Shown here: in pieces, positions 1 to 13,859 of the stretch
Layout of the letters: each line of letters starts with the position of its first letter
Position numbering within the stretch: the first letter of the stretch is position 1
Assembly (NCBI RefSeq): GCF_009914755.1
Contig: NC_060932.1
Source of the DNA: the human T2T-CHM13v2.0 reference genome, Homo sapiens
Length of the DNA stretch: 64,000 bases
Reading direction: 5' to 3' (one strand)
Made by a program: the position numbers and the translations under genes
Notes under the pieces: generated by a model
Seen by the model: only the letters and a program-made list of their open reading frames with translations
Database searches by the model: none
What the model was told of the DNA's origin: nothing

Positions 1-1650
1 GGCTTGACATCCTGTCTGAAAATCAAATGACCATGCATAGAAGGCTTATTTTTGGACTGTCAGTTATTTGCCATTGATCATATATGTCTATCCTTATGCC
101 TGTACCACACGTCTGATTATTGTAGCTTTGTAATAAGTAAGTAAAAAAAGTGGAAATTCTGGTTCTGCTCCTGATATAGAGGAAAAGGTACTCCATCTTT
201 CACCACTAAGTACTATGTTAGCTATGCGTTTTTCAAAAATAGACTTCATAAGGCTGAGGAAGTTTACTTCCATTCTCAGTAGCCTGAGTACTTCTATCAT
301 GAAGAGGTTTTGGAGTTTGTCAAATGCTTTGTTGTTTGTTTGTTTCTATCAATGTGATCATGTGTTTTTTGTTATTTCTACTAATAATATAATGTATTAC
401 ATTGATTCATTTCCAGATATTCTGCTACACTTGCATTCCTATATATACTTCCTTTGGTTGTGGTGTACAATCCTTTTTAGATGTTGCTGGATTCAGTTTA
501 CTATTATTTGTTAAGAATTTTTATATCTATATTTATAAGATATCTGCAGTTTTCATGGGATGCAGATTTTTAAAAGTTTGGTATCCAAGTGATGCTGACC
601 TCATAGAGTAAGCAGGTTCCAATCTTTACTATTTTGTTTTGGAAAGGTTTATAACAATTTGTGTTAATTCTTCTTCATACATTTAGTAGGATTTACAAAT
701 AAGCCATCTGGCTTTTGTTTTTACTTTGTGGGAAATTAACTATTAATTTAACCTCTTTCCATATTATAGATATATTTAGATTTTTAAAAAAAAATATTTC
801 TGAATCAGTTTTGTTAGTTTGTGTCTTTCTGTGAATTTGTCCATTTCATCTAAGTTTTCTAATGAATTGGCATAGAGTTATTTATAATATCCCCTTATCA
901 TTCTTTCTGTAAATTTCTATAAGCTTATGTTCCCACTTTCATTGCTGACTTTAAAATTTGAGTTTTCTGTCAATTTTCCTTGGTCATTTAGCCTAGTTAT
1001 TTTCCAATTTTGTTTATCTTTTCAAAGAAGCAAGTTTGAGTTTCATTAATTTTCTCTATTGCTTTTGTATTCTGTACTTCATTCATTTCCACTCTAATCT
1101 TAATTTTTATTCCTTCTTTCTACTTGCTGTGTCTCTGTGTTTAGCTCTTCTTCTTCCAATTTTGTAGGTGGGTGTTTATATTCTTGATTTGAGACTTTTC
1201 TTTTTAATATGTTTTCCATACATAAATTTCTCTCTGAGCACTCTTTTAGTTCCTTACTCTTAGGTTTGTCATATTATGTTTTCATTTTTCTTCATCTCAA
1301 CCTATATTTTAAATTTCCTTGTGATTATTTTTGACTCATCAATTATCTGAGTGTGTTGTTTAACTTCCACAAATTTTAGAATTTTCTAAATTTCTTTCTG
1401 TTAATGTTTTCTAATTTAATACTATTTTGGTCATAAAATATACTTTGTATGGTTTTTATAGTTTTTAATTTATTCTTGTATATGACTATACCTGAGAATG
1501 TTCCATGTGTACTTGAAAATAATGTTTTCTGCTGTTATCAGTTGAGTATCTATAGATATCTGGTGGGTCTCATTAGCTTATGTTTTTGTCCTTGTTATTT
1601 TCTGCGTAACTGTTCTATCTTGTACTGAATGTGGGTTATTGTCATGCAAT
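1..1650 (-). mobile_element. Old LINE-1 (L1M-type) ORF2 fragment
   Basis: T-rich antisense L1 text; minus ORF 94..300 contains NFLSLMKSIFEKRIANIVLSGERWSTFSSISG, resembling L1 ORF2 (..[23 protein letters not shown]). Boundaries approximate; L1-like sequence probably continues to ~2590. Confidence 0.7.
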
Positions 1651-1880
1651 TGTTCCTGAGTTATTTTATTACTGCCTTTATTTTACAAAAATATAACATT
1701 TTGTGTAAAACACAGAGTTTATAGTGTACCATTTTAATCCCCCCTTTTTAGTCTCTATATTTTTTTAATTATCTTAATGGTTGCCTTAAGGATGCAAATG
1801 AACATTTTAGATCAAATCAATCTGGTACAAATTAATAGTGCCTAATTTTAATAATATACACAAATTTTGCTCCAATATAA

Positions 1881-2439
<559 letters not shown>

Positions 2440-3130
2440 TAGTATTTTTTGCAAGACAATTCTATGAGTTATGAATTACTATTTTTGTTTATATAAGAAT
2501 GTCTTAATTTCTTCTTCACTTAATTTCTTAATTTCTTCTTCACTTTTGAAGAATAATTTGAAGAATAGTTTTGCTGGGTATAGGATTTCATGTGTCCTAT
2601 TTCTTCCACTAATCATTTATTAAATACAACATCCTATGCTTTTCTTCATGATGGTTGCCACTCTTTGGCATTCCTTTAAAAAATTAATTAATCTACCTAT
2701 ATGCGCCTCTCAGCTGCAGTTACTTATCTAAACATGAAAAATTATGAGTGACTAATTTCCCAAATTTCCCAAAAATAGTACATAACTAATGCCATGTAGG
2801 TGTATATATTTCAAAATAATTCATTACAAACAATTTATATCATTGGATATTGGGGCTTAATTTTCTTGTGAGACTCCATTGAGATGGGCCAGTTAACTGT
2901 ATATTGAAGTATAAATATACATTCCATGAAAGTAGTACCATGTATGACTGGACTATCCGTCTTTAGTGGCGAAAATAGTGTCTGGTTCATACCTGATGCT
3001 TATATTAATTGCAAATGGACAAAAATTGTTTTTATAACTAAAGTTCAATGCCCTGTTAAGACAGAGAGAGAGAAAAAAATTAAATTAAATTTCTGGAATA
3101 AAAGTGCAAAAACTGAGCTTAAATAATTAT

Positions 3131-3621
3131 CTGTGACAAACACTGCTGGTTGCTTAATCAGTACTCATTTTTCTTTTCTTGCTTACTGAATATAGATTTT
3201 ATTTGTGTCAGCCCCTTGCAGCTAGAGACAGTCATGTTCCATATTCCAGGCCATAATCTGTTAGTAGAGGCTACAGGACTTCCAGGAAAGCAATTCTGTG
3301 ATTACTAAAAAAGAATAGGCCTAAGTAACACACATTTTTTTTTTTTTTGAAACTGGCTCTTGCCCTTTGCCTTCTCCACATTCATCTTCCTTCTTATGCA
3401 GATGAAATTAAAACAATAAGAAACACAAAATAGCAGACGTGGTGAAGTGGGAGTGGAATCCATATGACACTGATGGTGCTATCAAATTATCACAGCAGCC
3501 CTGAATTGCCAACCTTCAGAATTCTTGTTATGTGAGAAGAAACAAGAAAACCTTCCTGTTTTATTGTGTCACTGTATTCAGGTTTCTCAAAATTCAGCAG
3601 AACACAGTCATGATTGAAATA
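3131..3621 (+). mobile_element. MaLR LTR (MLT1 I/J/K-like)
   Basis: Begins tgtgacaaacactgctggttgc; ends with an MLT1-like block cttgttatgtgagaaga..gtcactgtattcaggtttct..gcagaacaca. Confidence 0.55.
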
Positions 3622-4583
3622 GTATTTTTTCCAAGCATTGTTAAACTAAGGCCCATGGTCCTATAGATAGCCCCTATTTGGGTTTAAAGAGTTCTGCAAA
3701 CCCTTCGAAACAGTATTGTTCCAAAGCATACTGAAACAAAGAATGGTTAAAAATAACTTGCCTAATTTTACACAGTTGGTGGCAAAGACAAAAGATGAAA
3801 GAACTGAGGTTTCCTGAGCACCTTCTGTACTGCTTATTTGTACAAATGAGAGAGTATCGAAACTCTCTCACATTTGTAAGTTTATGGATATAAAACTTCT
3901 GGGCATTTATTCATAATTTGTCACCTTTAATTTCATATATACTTATCTAGATAGATTTGTTATTTACTTGAAAGCATGCTACTTTTAGAAAAAATCATAA
4001 AATTCCATAAATTCCAATTATAAGTGAAAGAAGTCAGAATAAAAAAGAGACTGAACTCTAATAAGCAGTATCACTCTGTGCCCCCAGAGCATATACTCAT
4101 GGGGGCAAAGAAAATAGCAGTACTTGAAAGGAGATGATACAATGAATACTGGTGATCACATCGTAATAGTTGTTGCTGAAAATTCCTTTGATTATTTTTG
4201 TATATACTTCTAGGGCTCACCCCTACCCACGTCTCCTGTCTTTTATGCACATAAGATAATTATAATTTCCTACCTTCTTTTTCTGTTGGCAGTGCCATGT
4301 AACTAGTTTCGGCCAATCAGTTATGATTAAAAAATGGCACAGGTTCCTTCTGTTTTGGAACATTTAACTGCTTACCTGAGACCCTACAATGTAACTCTGT
4401 TCTTAGCACATCATCATGTGATTGTTTAGGAGCAACGTGACTGAAACCCAGAAGATTCTCTGGAACATTGTCTTAGTGTTTCCATATGTAATAAGTTCTA
4501 ATACAAAATGGCAGAGTGACTGGAGATGTAGACCATTTCGGAATAAAAGTTTGGGTCATTCCATCATATAAAGAAACAAGAAT

Positions 4584-4873
4584 GGCCAGGCATGGTGGCT
4601 CATGCCTGAAATCCCAGCACTTTGGGAGGCCGAGATAGTAGGATCACTTGAGGTCCAGGAGTTCGAGACCTGCTTGGCCAACATGGTGAATCCCTGTCCC
4701 TACTAAAAATAAAAAAAATTAGCCAAGCGTGATGGTGGGCACCTGTAATTCCAGCTACTTGGGAGGCTGAGGCAGCAGGAATCTCTTGAACCCAGGAGGC
4801 AGAGGTTGTGGTGAGCCCTGCCATTGCACTCTAGCCTGGGCTACAAGAGCAAGACTCCATCTCAAAAATACAA

Positions 4874-4912
<39 letters not shown>

Positions 4913-4924
4913 ATGAAAAGGAAA
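4584..4924 (+). mobile_element. AluS with (AAAT)n tail
   Basis: Full Alu dimer, (AAAT)n at 4873-4914, TSD aaagaaa(c/t)aaga. Confidence 0.93.
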
Positions 4925-4929
4925 AAAGA

Positions 4930-5900
4930 AATAAGACCAGCAGAGGTTCTGACTGAATGTGAGAAAAATATGGAATGTGTAATGGAAGAAGGAAGCAATA
5001 GATATTAACTACAGCTGCTTGAGCAATTTCAGATATGAGGGCTCTTGTAGCTTTGGATATTTTCCTTTATTGTATATGTATATGCTTATTTATGCAAGCT
5101 ATTTAGTTTTCCTCTTCCTCTCTCATTTTTATTCTATTTCAAGTATAACTTTACAATCTTGTCTTTAAGTAATAGAATATTCATTGGGACTGCAACAAAA
5201 TTTTAAGAGTATTTAATATAGCCAGATAGATACAAGAAATTTTGGGACTGTGCTTCTCTTCATCTTAGGAAAAAATTAAAACTTCACTTATAAAAAGGAT
5301 AGCTGTATCTCCTAGCTGATAATATTGAGGTGTACAGGAGTTTCAATTTGTGGAGAAAGGTGTGTATAGAAATTGATTGGACTGTTGTAATCATCAGTTT
5401 ATGGTGACTGATCTCCAAATCCGCCTTTCATCACCTGCTGTGCAATAATAAAGTTGTATGCCTTGCATTTCTCCTTCATGGAAAACATTCTGTTAAGCTT
5501 TGTTCATTGAGAGCACTATAAGAACACTGCAAGAGAAAGGATGTTAGTATTTCAGTTCTTGCGTGCTTCTGTTTTGTTGCTTGTGGCTGTTGATGCATGG
5601 CTTCCAAACTGGTGTTTGGGGATCTCACAGAGCTGAGTGCTGTGTTCCAATTTTGCACCCAGAGCTCACATTCCATTGGTGAACTCACAGTCCTGGCCCT
5701 GGCCTGTGGAACACCTCACTGCATCTCTCCAAATACAGACCCACACTTTCTGGGGCTTATATCTCCTCTCCAGCAAACCAGTTCCCTATTCTCTGTGTGT
5801 GACCCTCCTCCCAGTACCAACCTCAGACCACCCACACCCCAGAAGTGTTTTTTTTTTAAATATTGACCTTCCTAATAGAAATATGGAGCACCTCAGTACT
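4930..5900 (+). mobile_element. Degraded ERVL internal 3' end followed by an LTR33-like LTR (~5383-5900)
   Basis: gaccagcagaggttctg..atatggaatgtgtaatggaagaagg resembles the ERVL-int end; ctccaaatccgcctttc..catttctcctt..gaacactgcaag resembles LTR33 (recalled consensus). Confidence 0.45.
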
Positions 5901-7633
5901 TAATGCTACCCTGCTAGCCTCACAATTGCGGACAATCTCTGCCTCAGATGATGAGTTTGAAAGTGTCAAATGTCCAAATTTGGATTTGAACCTTGGCAAT
6001 CTGGTTCGTGGAAATGTAATTACTTTATATGACTAGTTCCTAGGAATACTAATGGCAGACAAAGATACATACATTTTGTCTTTTAAAAGCTTATGGTTTG
6101 TAGACCAGAAACATCTGCAAACAAATTTTCAATATAATGTTGTAATTATTGTGGTAGAAAAAAATCTAGGTACTACAAAAACAGGAAGGGCGCTAAGCTA
6201 GTTTGGGAGTTCAGAATCAAATGATGCCTGAGCCAAACCTTAATGTTGTTTGGCTGAATTATGATAACCCAGTCCTCAAAACTTAAAGGATGAGTAGGAA
6301 TTATTTGGATGAGCAAGTTAGGAAAAACAGAAACCATATATAAAGAAAAGCATTGACTTATTTGTTCAACAAATACATATTTCTATTCTAGGCTCTATCA
6401 CAAGGCCAAGAATATTGCAGTGAAAAAAATAATGATATAAAGAATACGATGTTTTAAGGGTTTTTTGTTTCGTTTGCTTTTTTTGTTCTAAAAATAAAAT
6501 AAACCCAGGTGGTTATTAAAATTGATTATTGATGTTTGTTTAAAAGTCTGAAATCAATAAAAGTCTTTGATTTTATAGGCTCATTATGAGAAGGAGGAAG
6601 AAGAGGAAGAGAAAAGCTCCAAATGGAGAAGAAAACATTTATTCCACAATTGAAATACAGTTGGAGTCATGATGTAAGTGTGCAGTTACGCTTTTAAGAG
6701 GCTGAGGGCAAGAGGCAGCACAAGCATGAGGACTGCAAGAAATAAGTCAGGCTCGCTGAGGGTGGGGGCAGAGGAGAGTTCAGTGTCCTGTTGCCCCCAG
6801 TCCATCCCATCTTTGATGACTATGCTCAATTTATTTCCACATCAGGGGCTGACTTGGTGGGATCATCAATCAAGGGGCACAACCCTCCTTTAGCTGAGTA
6901 GTGACACATCATTTTATGCTTCTCTCAGGATTTCTAGTCATGAGATAAGTGATCCAAGAAGAGGAAAATTGTTCCATACCATGTACTCCACTGGGGACAT
7001 CCTCAAATTTAAATAGTGTTTGCTGTGAAGCCCCAGGAGCTTCCCTGCTCTTTATTATTTTTTAAAGCTTGGTTCTTTGCCTTCCCATTGATCCATGAGC
7101 TTCCTGATATGTAAAAAGTCATCTCCTATGTTCATTAGCCAGACTAGTTTTCTGTTTTTTTGCAACTCTAGAAGCATCAGCAATACAGAAGGAAGTATGA
7201 CCTTGGAAGGATTCACTGTTCCATCCTCATGAGGGTGCCCATGTTTTTGGAAACCACTACTTCAAATGCGTTGCACAGCTCTTATTTATCAGCAACTATT
7301 TTAGATTGAGGGAACTGGCAGTCCAATCTCGTATCATGTCCTAGCATGCATAAACCTTTCTTAGATCATGTATTAAAGCTGTCACCTACTTCTTGATTTC
7401 CAGTATTGCCCTATAAATCTGTTATACAACCAGAAACTTTTATTCAGGCACAACAATATCTTTTTTAGGTATGAATTTATACTTAATTTTATAAATATGC
7501 ATATTTTAGCTCTGAGTTATTACTTCTAGTAATGTTGAAAATAAATGAAATAATCCTCCTACATCTTAAATGAAGGAGTATCATTTCAGACCCAGTCTAG
7601 GAATAGATCCTCAAGTGAGAAAAATAACATCTA

Positions 7634-8488
7634 CTTATTTTTTTATTTTTGTTTTTCTTTATTTCTTCTAAAAAGAAAAACAGGATACATGTGCAGAACG
7701 TGCAGGTTTGTTACATAGGTATATGTGTGCTATGGTGGTTTGCTGAACCTATTACCCGTCCTCTAAGTTCCCTCCCCTCACTCCTCATCCCCCAACAGGC
7801 CGTGGTGTGTGTTGTTCCCTTCCCTGTGTCCATGTGTTCTCATTGTTCAACTTCCACTTATGAGTGAGAACCTGTGGTGTTTGGTTTTCTGTTCCAGTGT
7901 TAGTTTGCTAAGGATGATGGCTTCCAGCTTCATTCATGTCCCTGCAAAGGACATGATCTCATTCCTTTTTATGGTTGTGTAGTATTCCATGGTGTATATT
8001 TACCACATTTTCTTTATCCAGTCTATCATTGATGGACATTTGGGTTCATTCCATGTCTTTGCTATTGCAAATAGTGCTGCAGTAAATATATGTATGCATT
8101 GTCTTTATAGTAGAATTACTTATATTCCTTTGGGTATATACCCAGTAATGGGATTGCTGGATCAAATGGTATTTCTGGTTCTGGACCCCTGAGGAATCAC
8201 CACACTATTTTCCACAGTGGTTGAACTAATTTACAATCCTACCAACAGTGTAAAAGCATTGTATTTCTCCACAGCCTTGCCAGCATCTATTGCTTCTTGA
8301 CATCTTAATGAGTGTCATTCTGATTGGCATGAGATGGTATCTCATTGTGATTTTGATTTGCATTTATCTGATGATCAGTGATGTTGAGCTTTTTTCATAT
8401 GTTTCTTGGCCACGTAAATGTCTTCTTTAGAGAAGTATTGGTTCATATCCTTTGCCCACTTTTTGATGGGGATTTTTTTTTTTCTTGT
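7634..8488 (-). mobile_element. 5'-truncated L1PA (PA8-like): 3' UTR plus ORF2 end
   Basis: Antisense L1 3' end (gatacatgtgcagaacgtgcaggtttgttacatagg); TSD aataacatcta at 7623-7633 and 8489-8499. Confidence 0.9.
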
Positions 8489-9247
8489 AATAACATCTAT
8501 TTTTATTTGTGATTCAAATGTTACAAGTTTGGAAAAGTTTTAAAATGCCTAAGATAATGTTAAGCAAGAGAGAGTTCTTCACTGAGATTTTCTATTACTC
8601 ATCATTCCCGTCTTCAATCTATCACACCTTACCAGTCAGCTCGGCCAATAAACATTTGTCAAACTTCCTTGGTCATGTTCTTGTGCAGTTAATGGGAACC
8701 CTTCATGTCACAAAGGATGGAGTTGCTTCAGAGTACAAAATGGAAACATCGCTCATTACTACAATTTTAAATATTGTAGTGGCTTGGAATATTCAATATG
8801 AATATTTTGAATGCAGACTTTAAAATACACATTTGTCATGGCCTCTTACTCTTCTTGAATTTTCTACTTTTTAAATATATAGCTCTGACATCAGAAACAA
8901 TGACTGAATCCTAAAAATGTGACTATTCCCCAACTACAGCTGAAACCAACCTTCTTTGATATAATGATCCTCATGTTTGCATGGAAAATGTCCTCACTTA
9001 ATGAATCCAGCTGTCAGTCATTACAATTTAATAAACATTTTCATATCAAGTGAGCTTTTTCAAACCACTTATTTTTTAATTTACTGAAAAAGCTTTATCC
9101 TTCACAGCTACCCCAAATTGAGTAAGTACGAATTAAATTGATGTCTCAAGATCATCATTCCTGTGATTTGTTTCTATTTTGCCAATAGGGGGTGGGAAAG
9201 AGAAAGGAAAAGAGGGAGAACACATTCTCACTCATATGCCATAAAAA

Positions 9248-9266
9248 TGTGTGTGTATATATATAT

Positions 9267-9297
<31 letters not shown>

Positions 9298-9605
9298 TAT
9301 ATACATTTATATATATTTATATATTATATATAAACATAAATATATATATTTACTATAAATATATACTATAAATATATATACTATATACACATATATATTT
9401 ACTATAAATATATACTATAAATATATATACTATATACACATAAATATATATATTTACTATAAATATATACTATAAATATATATACTATATACACATAAAT
9501 ATATATATTTACTATAAATATATACTATAAATATATATACTATATATTTATATATACTATAAATAAAATATGCATATAAATATATATGTATATATAAATA
9601 TGTCT
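9248..9605. repeat. (TG/TA/CA)n microsatellite merging into an AT-rich minisatellite (~52-58 bp unit, ~4 copies)
   Basis: Repeating tatatatttactataaatatatactataaatatatatactatatacaca unit at ~9340-9560. Confidence 0.85.
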
Positions 9606-9959
9606 ATAAGATAATTTTGTGTCTGGAAAAATTTTCTCATGCTTCATGAAGTTAATATTTTAAAAATAATTTTGTAATTAGGAGTATTTTATAGAATAAA
9701 AGTTATAAAGGAGAAAAATAAAGACTAGGTCCAGCTTCAAAGGCATAAAATATATCAGGTGCAAATTAGATCCATTATTTCCCTAGACTTGTGACTTGGG
9801 AGTTATGCAAAGGAACCTCGGAAAGAATAACCCTCACCACGTCGTCACGTACCTGAACCCATCATGTACCTGAGGCTTTCCTGTGCCTCATCTTATGAGT
9901 CATGTTTTGTTATTCTCCAAGCAATAATGATCCTATTTTTAATTTTTAATGTACAGCTA

Positions 9960-10600
9960 TGAAACCACCATTGCAAAATTGTAACTGAGACAGTGAAAGA
10001 GATCTTACCTAACTGACTCCGTCTTGCTTCTAACCTCCAAACTCCTTGTTCAGCCTGGGGGTAGGTTGAACTAACTTTGAGAGGAACTTAGTTTATAGTT
10101 TAAAACAAAGATTATATTAATTACAGGCCTGTCCCAAGACAAATCCCTTTCTTGCTTGAGGACTAGATGAACAAATTAGCCATAAGATTAGAAATTATAG
10201 TTTAGGAGTCATGTAGCTGGATGCTACAAGATTCTGATCTTCCTTACACTGCTCCGAAGATCAGTGCTTGATATATTTTGCAGACCTGGCACTTGATGGA
10301 TCAGCTGGCACCACCGAGATTGATAAACTGGCTCATCTCATCTTGTGGCCTCCACCCAAGAATTCCCTATTATTTCATCTCCAACCCAGCCAATCAGCAC
10401 TCTCTACTCACTGGCCTTCCTGCACCCACCAGATTATCCTTAAATACTCTGTTCCCTGAATGCTCCAGGAGACTGATAAAACTCCAGTCTCTCACACAGC
10501 TGGCTCTGTGCAAATTACTCTTTCTCTATTGCAATTCCTCTGTCTTGATAAATTGGCTCTGTCTAGGCAGTGGGCAAGGTGAACCCATTGAGCGGTTACA
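9960..10600 (+). mobile_element. Solo LTR, LTR8 family (ERV1)
   Basis: TGAAACCACCATTGCAAAATT...GCGGTTACA termini; perfect 4-bp TSD GCTA (9956-9959, 10601-10604). Confidence 0.88.
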
Positions 10601-11644
10601 GCTACTTGAAAGTTTGTGCTAAATTGTGGGCCTAAGAAGGTTTTTATTACTCAGCCTATAAAACAATCAAATTTTCTGTAAGGGTCTCCTTTATGTGCCA
10701 TAACTCTAAAGCTAAATTTGAATTAGAAAATGTCCCTCTCAATTGTTAGTTAAGAGAATTCTACCTCTCAAGCCTAAGTTAAGGCTGGTATCTATGCGAC
10801 ACTGTAACTATGATTTACAACACAAACAAAAATATAATAGGAAAAAAATTCACAATAGAGAATGTCTGTTAACTTTTTAAGGTTAGAATATCTAAGCTGG
10901 ATTTTTTTTTCCCCAAAGAACTGTTGTCACTGTCATAGGATTTCAGAATGAACAAAAGTTGATGATTCAGCAAAAAGATATCGTTTTTCATAACTGCTAA
11001 GGATAATCTTTATCCTCAAGAACAACAGAAACAAGAAAAACAAACATTCCCAATCTGCTTCGTTGAAATTTGAGATGAACACCTGATCTTGTTGGGCAAC
11101 ACTGAATGAGAAGGGAGTATAAACTTCAATTACTTAAGCTTGACCAGCAGGAGGTAAATATTCCCTTTACTGGATTCCTCATTTCTACTAACTGCTCTCC
11201 TATAAATTGATCTGTATATATAGATTCTTTGACATTTTGTCCAACTTATAATTACAGCTGATTGTGAGGTTGAGTTGCAAGTGATGATTTATTTCTGGGG
11301 AACTCCCACACACACTGACAGATGAACCTCTATTAAAAAAGAGATACCTCTGCACCAGAATTCCAGGTGTCTAGACAAGGTAGGCTGTTTTTGTCAAGCC
11401 AAGTATCTGATGACATAGAAGATCTATTATTCCACTTTGAAATAATGTGGCCAGAAGCTCAAATGTTTTAGGGGCATTTACAAAATATAAGTTTAGGAGC
11501 AAAAGGCTGTGAATTTATACAGTCTATGTAATTATCAAATTTGTATCAATAGCAATCATTAAAAATGTATAGATCATTATTTTTAATGGTCTGCTTTGTC
11601 ATTTTTATTTTTTGTTACAATATAGTGTACACAGAAGAAGAAAA

Positions 11645-12011
11645 TGTCAGGTCTCTGAGCACAGGCCTGCACGTATATATCCAGATGGCCTGAAGCAAGT
11701 GAAGAATTACAAAAGAAGTGAAAATGGCCAGTTCCTGCCTTAACTGATGACATTACCTTGTGAAATTCCTTCTCCTGGGTCAGAAGCTTCCCCACTGAGC
11801 ACCTTATGATGGCCACCCCTGCCCGTCAGAAAGCAACCCCCTTTGACTGTAATTTTCCACTACCTACACAAATCCTATAAAATGGCCCCACCACTATCTC
11901 CCTTCACTGAGTCTCTATTTGGACTCAGCCTGCCTGCACCCAGGTGATTAAAAAGCTTTATTGCTCACAAAAAGCCTGTTTGGTGTTCTCTTCACATGGA
12001 CTTGTGTGACA
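11645..12011 (+). promoter_or_regulatory. HERV-H 5' LTR (short LTR7 variant)
   Basis: TGTCAGG start, TATA cctataaaa ~11876, poly(A) signal attaaa ~11947, ends GTGACA. Confidence 0.95.
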
Positions 12012-12013
12012 TT

Positions 12014-12031
12014 TGGTGCCATGACTTGGAT
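12014..12031 (+). other. Primer binding site, tRNA-His
   Basis: TGGTGCCATGACTTGGAT versus canonical TGGTGCCGTGACTCGGAT; the two differences are CpG transitions. Confidence 0.95.
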
Positions 12032-12551
12032 CCGGGGATCTCCCTTGGGATATCAATCCCCTGTCCTCCTGCTCTTTGCTCCATGAGAAAGATCCATCTA
12101 TGACCTCGGGTCCTCAGACCAACCAGCCCAAGGAACATCTCACCAATTTTAAATTGGGTAAGCGGCCTCTTTTTACTCTCTTCTCCAACCTCTCTCACTA
12201 TCCCTCAACCTCTTTCTCCTTTCGATCTTGGTGCCATCTTTCAATCTCTCCCTTCTCTTAATTTCAGTTCCTTTCCTTTTCTGGTAGAGACAGAGGAGAC
12301 ACGTTTTATCCGTGAACCCAAAACTCCAGTGCTGGTCACGGACTTGGGAAGTCTTCCCTTTGTGTTTAATTACTGCGGGGATGCCTGCTTGATTATTCAC
12401 CCACGTTTCAGAGGTCTCCAATCACTGTGGGGATGCCTGCCTTGATCCTTCATGCTTAGTGGCAAGCACCACTTTCCTGGGGGGCAAGCACCCCCCACCC
12501 CTTCTCTCCATGTCTCTACCCTCTCTTTTCTCTGGGCTTGCCTCCTTCACT

Positions 12552-13830
12552 ATAGGCAACCTTCCACCCTCCATTCCTCCTTCTTCTCCCTTAGCCTGTG
12601 TTCTCAAGAACTTAAAACCTCTTCAACTCACACCTGACCTAAAATCTAAATGTCTTATTTTCTTCTGTCATACCACTTAACCCCAATACAAACTCAACAA
12701 TGGTTCCAATTAGCCAGAAAATGGCACTTTCAATCTTTCCATCCTACAAGATCTAAACAATTCTTGTCGTAAAATGGGCAAATGGTCTGAGGTGCCTGAC
12801 GTCCAGGCATTCTTTTACACATCAGTCCCTCCCTAGTCTCTGCTCCCAATGGGACTCATCCCAAATCCTACTTCTTTCCCTCCCACCTGTCCCCTCAGTC
12901 CCAACCCCAAGCATTGCTGAGTCTTTTCAATCTTCTTTTTCTACCACCCATCTGACCTCTCCCCTCCTCCCCAGACTGCTCCTCCTCAGGTTGCTCCCCA
13001 GCCTGCTGAATCAGGCTCCAATTCTTCCTCAGCCTCTGCTCCCCCACCCTATAATCCTTCTATCACCTCCCCTCCTCACACCTGGTCCTGGGTTACAGTT
13101 TTATTCCACAACTAGCCCTCCCCAACATGCCCAACAATTTCCTCTTGAAGAGGTGGCTGGAGCTAAAGGCATAGTCAAGGTTAATGCTCCTTTTTCTTTA
13201 TCTGACCTCTCCCAAATCAGTTAGCATTTAGGCTCTTTTTCACCAAATATAAAACCCAGCCCAGTTCATGGCTTGTTTGGCAGCAACCCTGAGATGCTTT
13301 ACAGCCCTAGACCCTGAAGGGTCAGAAGGCTGTCTTATTCTCAATATGCATTTTATTACCCAATCCACTCCTGACATTAAATAAAGCTCCAGAAATTAGA
13401 TTCCAGCCCTCAAACCCCACAACAGGTCTTAATTAACCTTGCCTTCAAGGTGTACAATAATAGAGTAGAGGCAGCCAAGTAGCAACATATTTCTGAGTTG
13501 CAATTCCTTGCCTCCACTGTGAGAGAAACCCCAGCCACATCTCCAGCACAAAAGAACTTCAAAATGCCTAAGCTGCAGCAATCAAGCATTCCTACAGGAC
13601 CTCCTCCATCAGGATCTTACTTCAAGGCCAAAAATCTGGCCACTGGGCCAAGGAATGCCCACAGCCTGGCATTCCTTCTAAGCTGTGTCCCATCTGTGTG
13701 GGACCCCACTGGAAATCAGACTGTCCAACTCACCTGGCAGCCACTCCCAGAGCCCCTGGAACTCTGGCCCAAGGTTCTCTGACTGACTCCTTCCCAGATC
13801 TTCTTGCTTAGTGGCTGAAGACTGACACTA
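12552..13830 (+). pseudogene. gag: HERV-H gag remnant
   Basis: Start mutated (ATA GGC AAC), PPPY-like proline-rich region, zinc knuckle [13 protein letters not shown] at ~13685-13723; stops and frameshifts. Confidence 0.8.
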
Positions 13831-13859
13831 CCTGATCACCTTGGAAGCCTCCTGGGCCA

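Noticed and set aside
12014-12031. tRNA-like matches (also 19407 and 35034)
   Set aside because: 18-nt retroviral primer binding sites, not tRNA genes.
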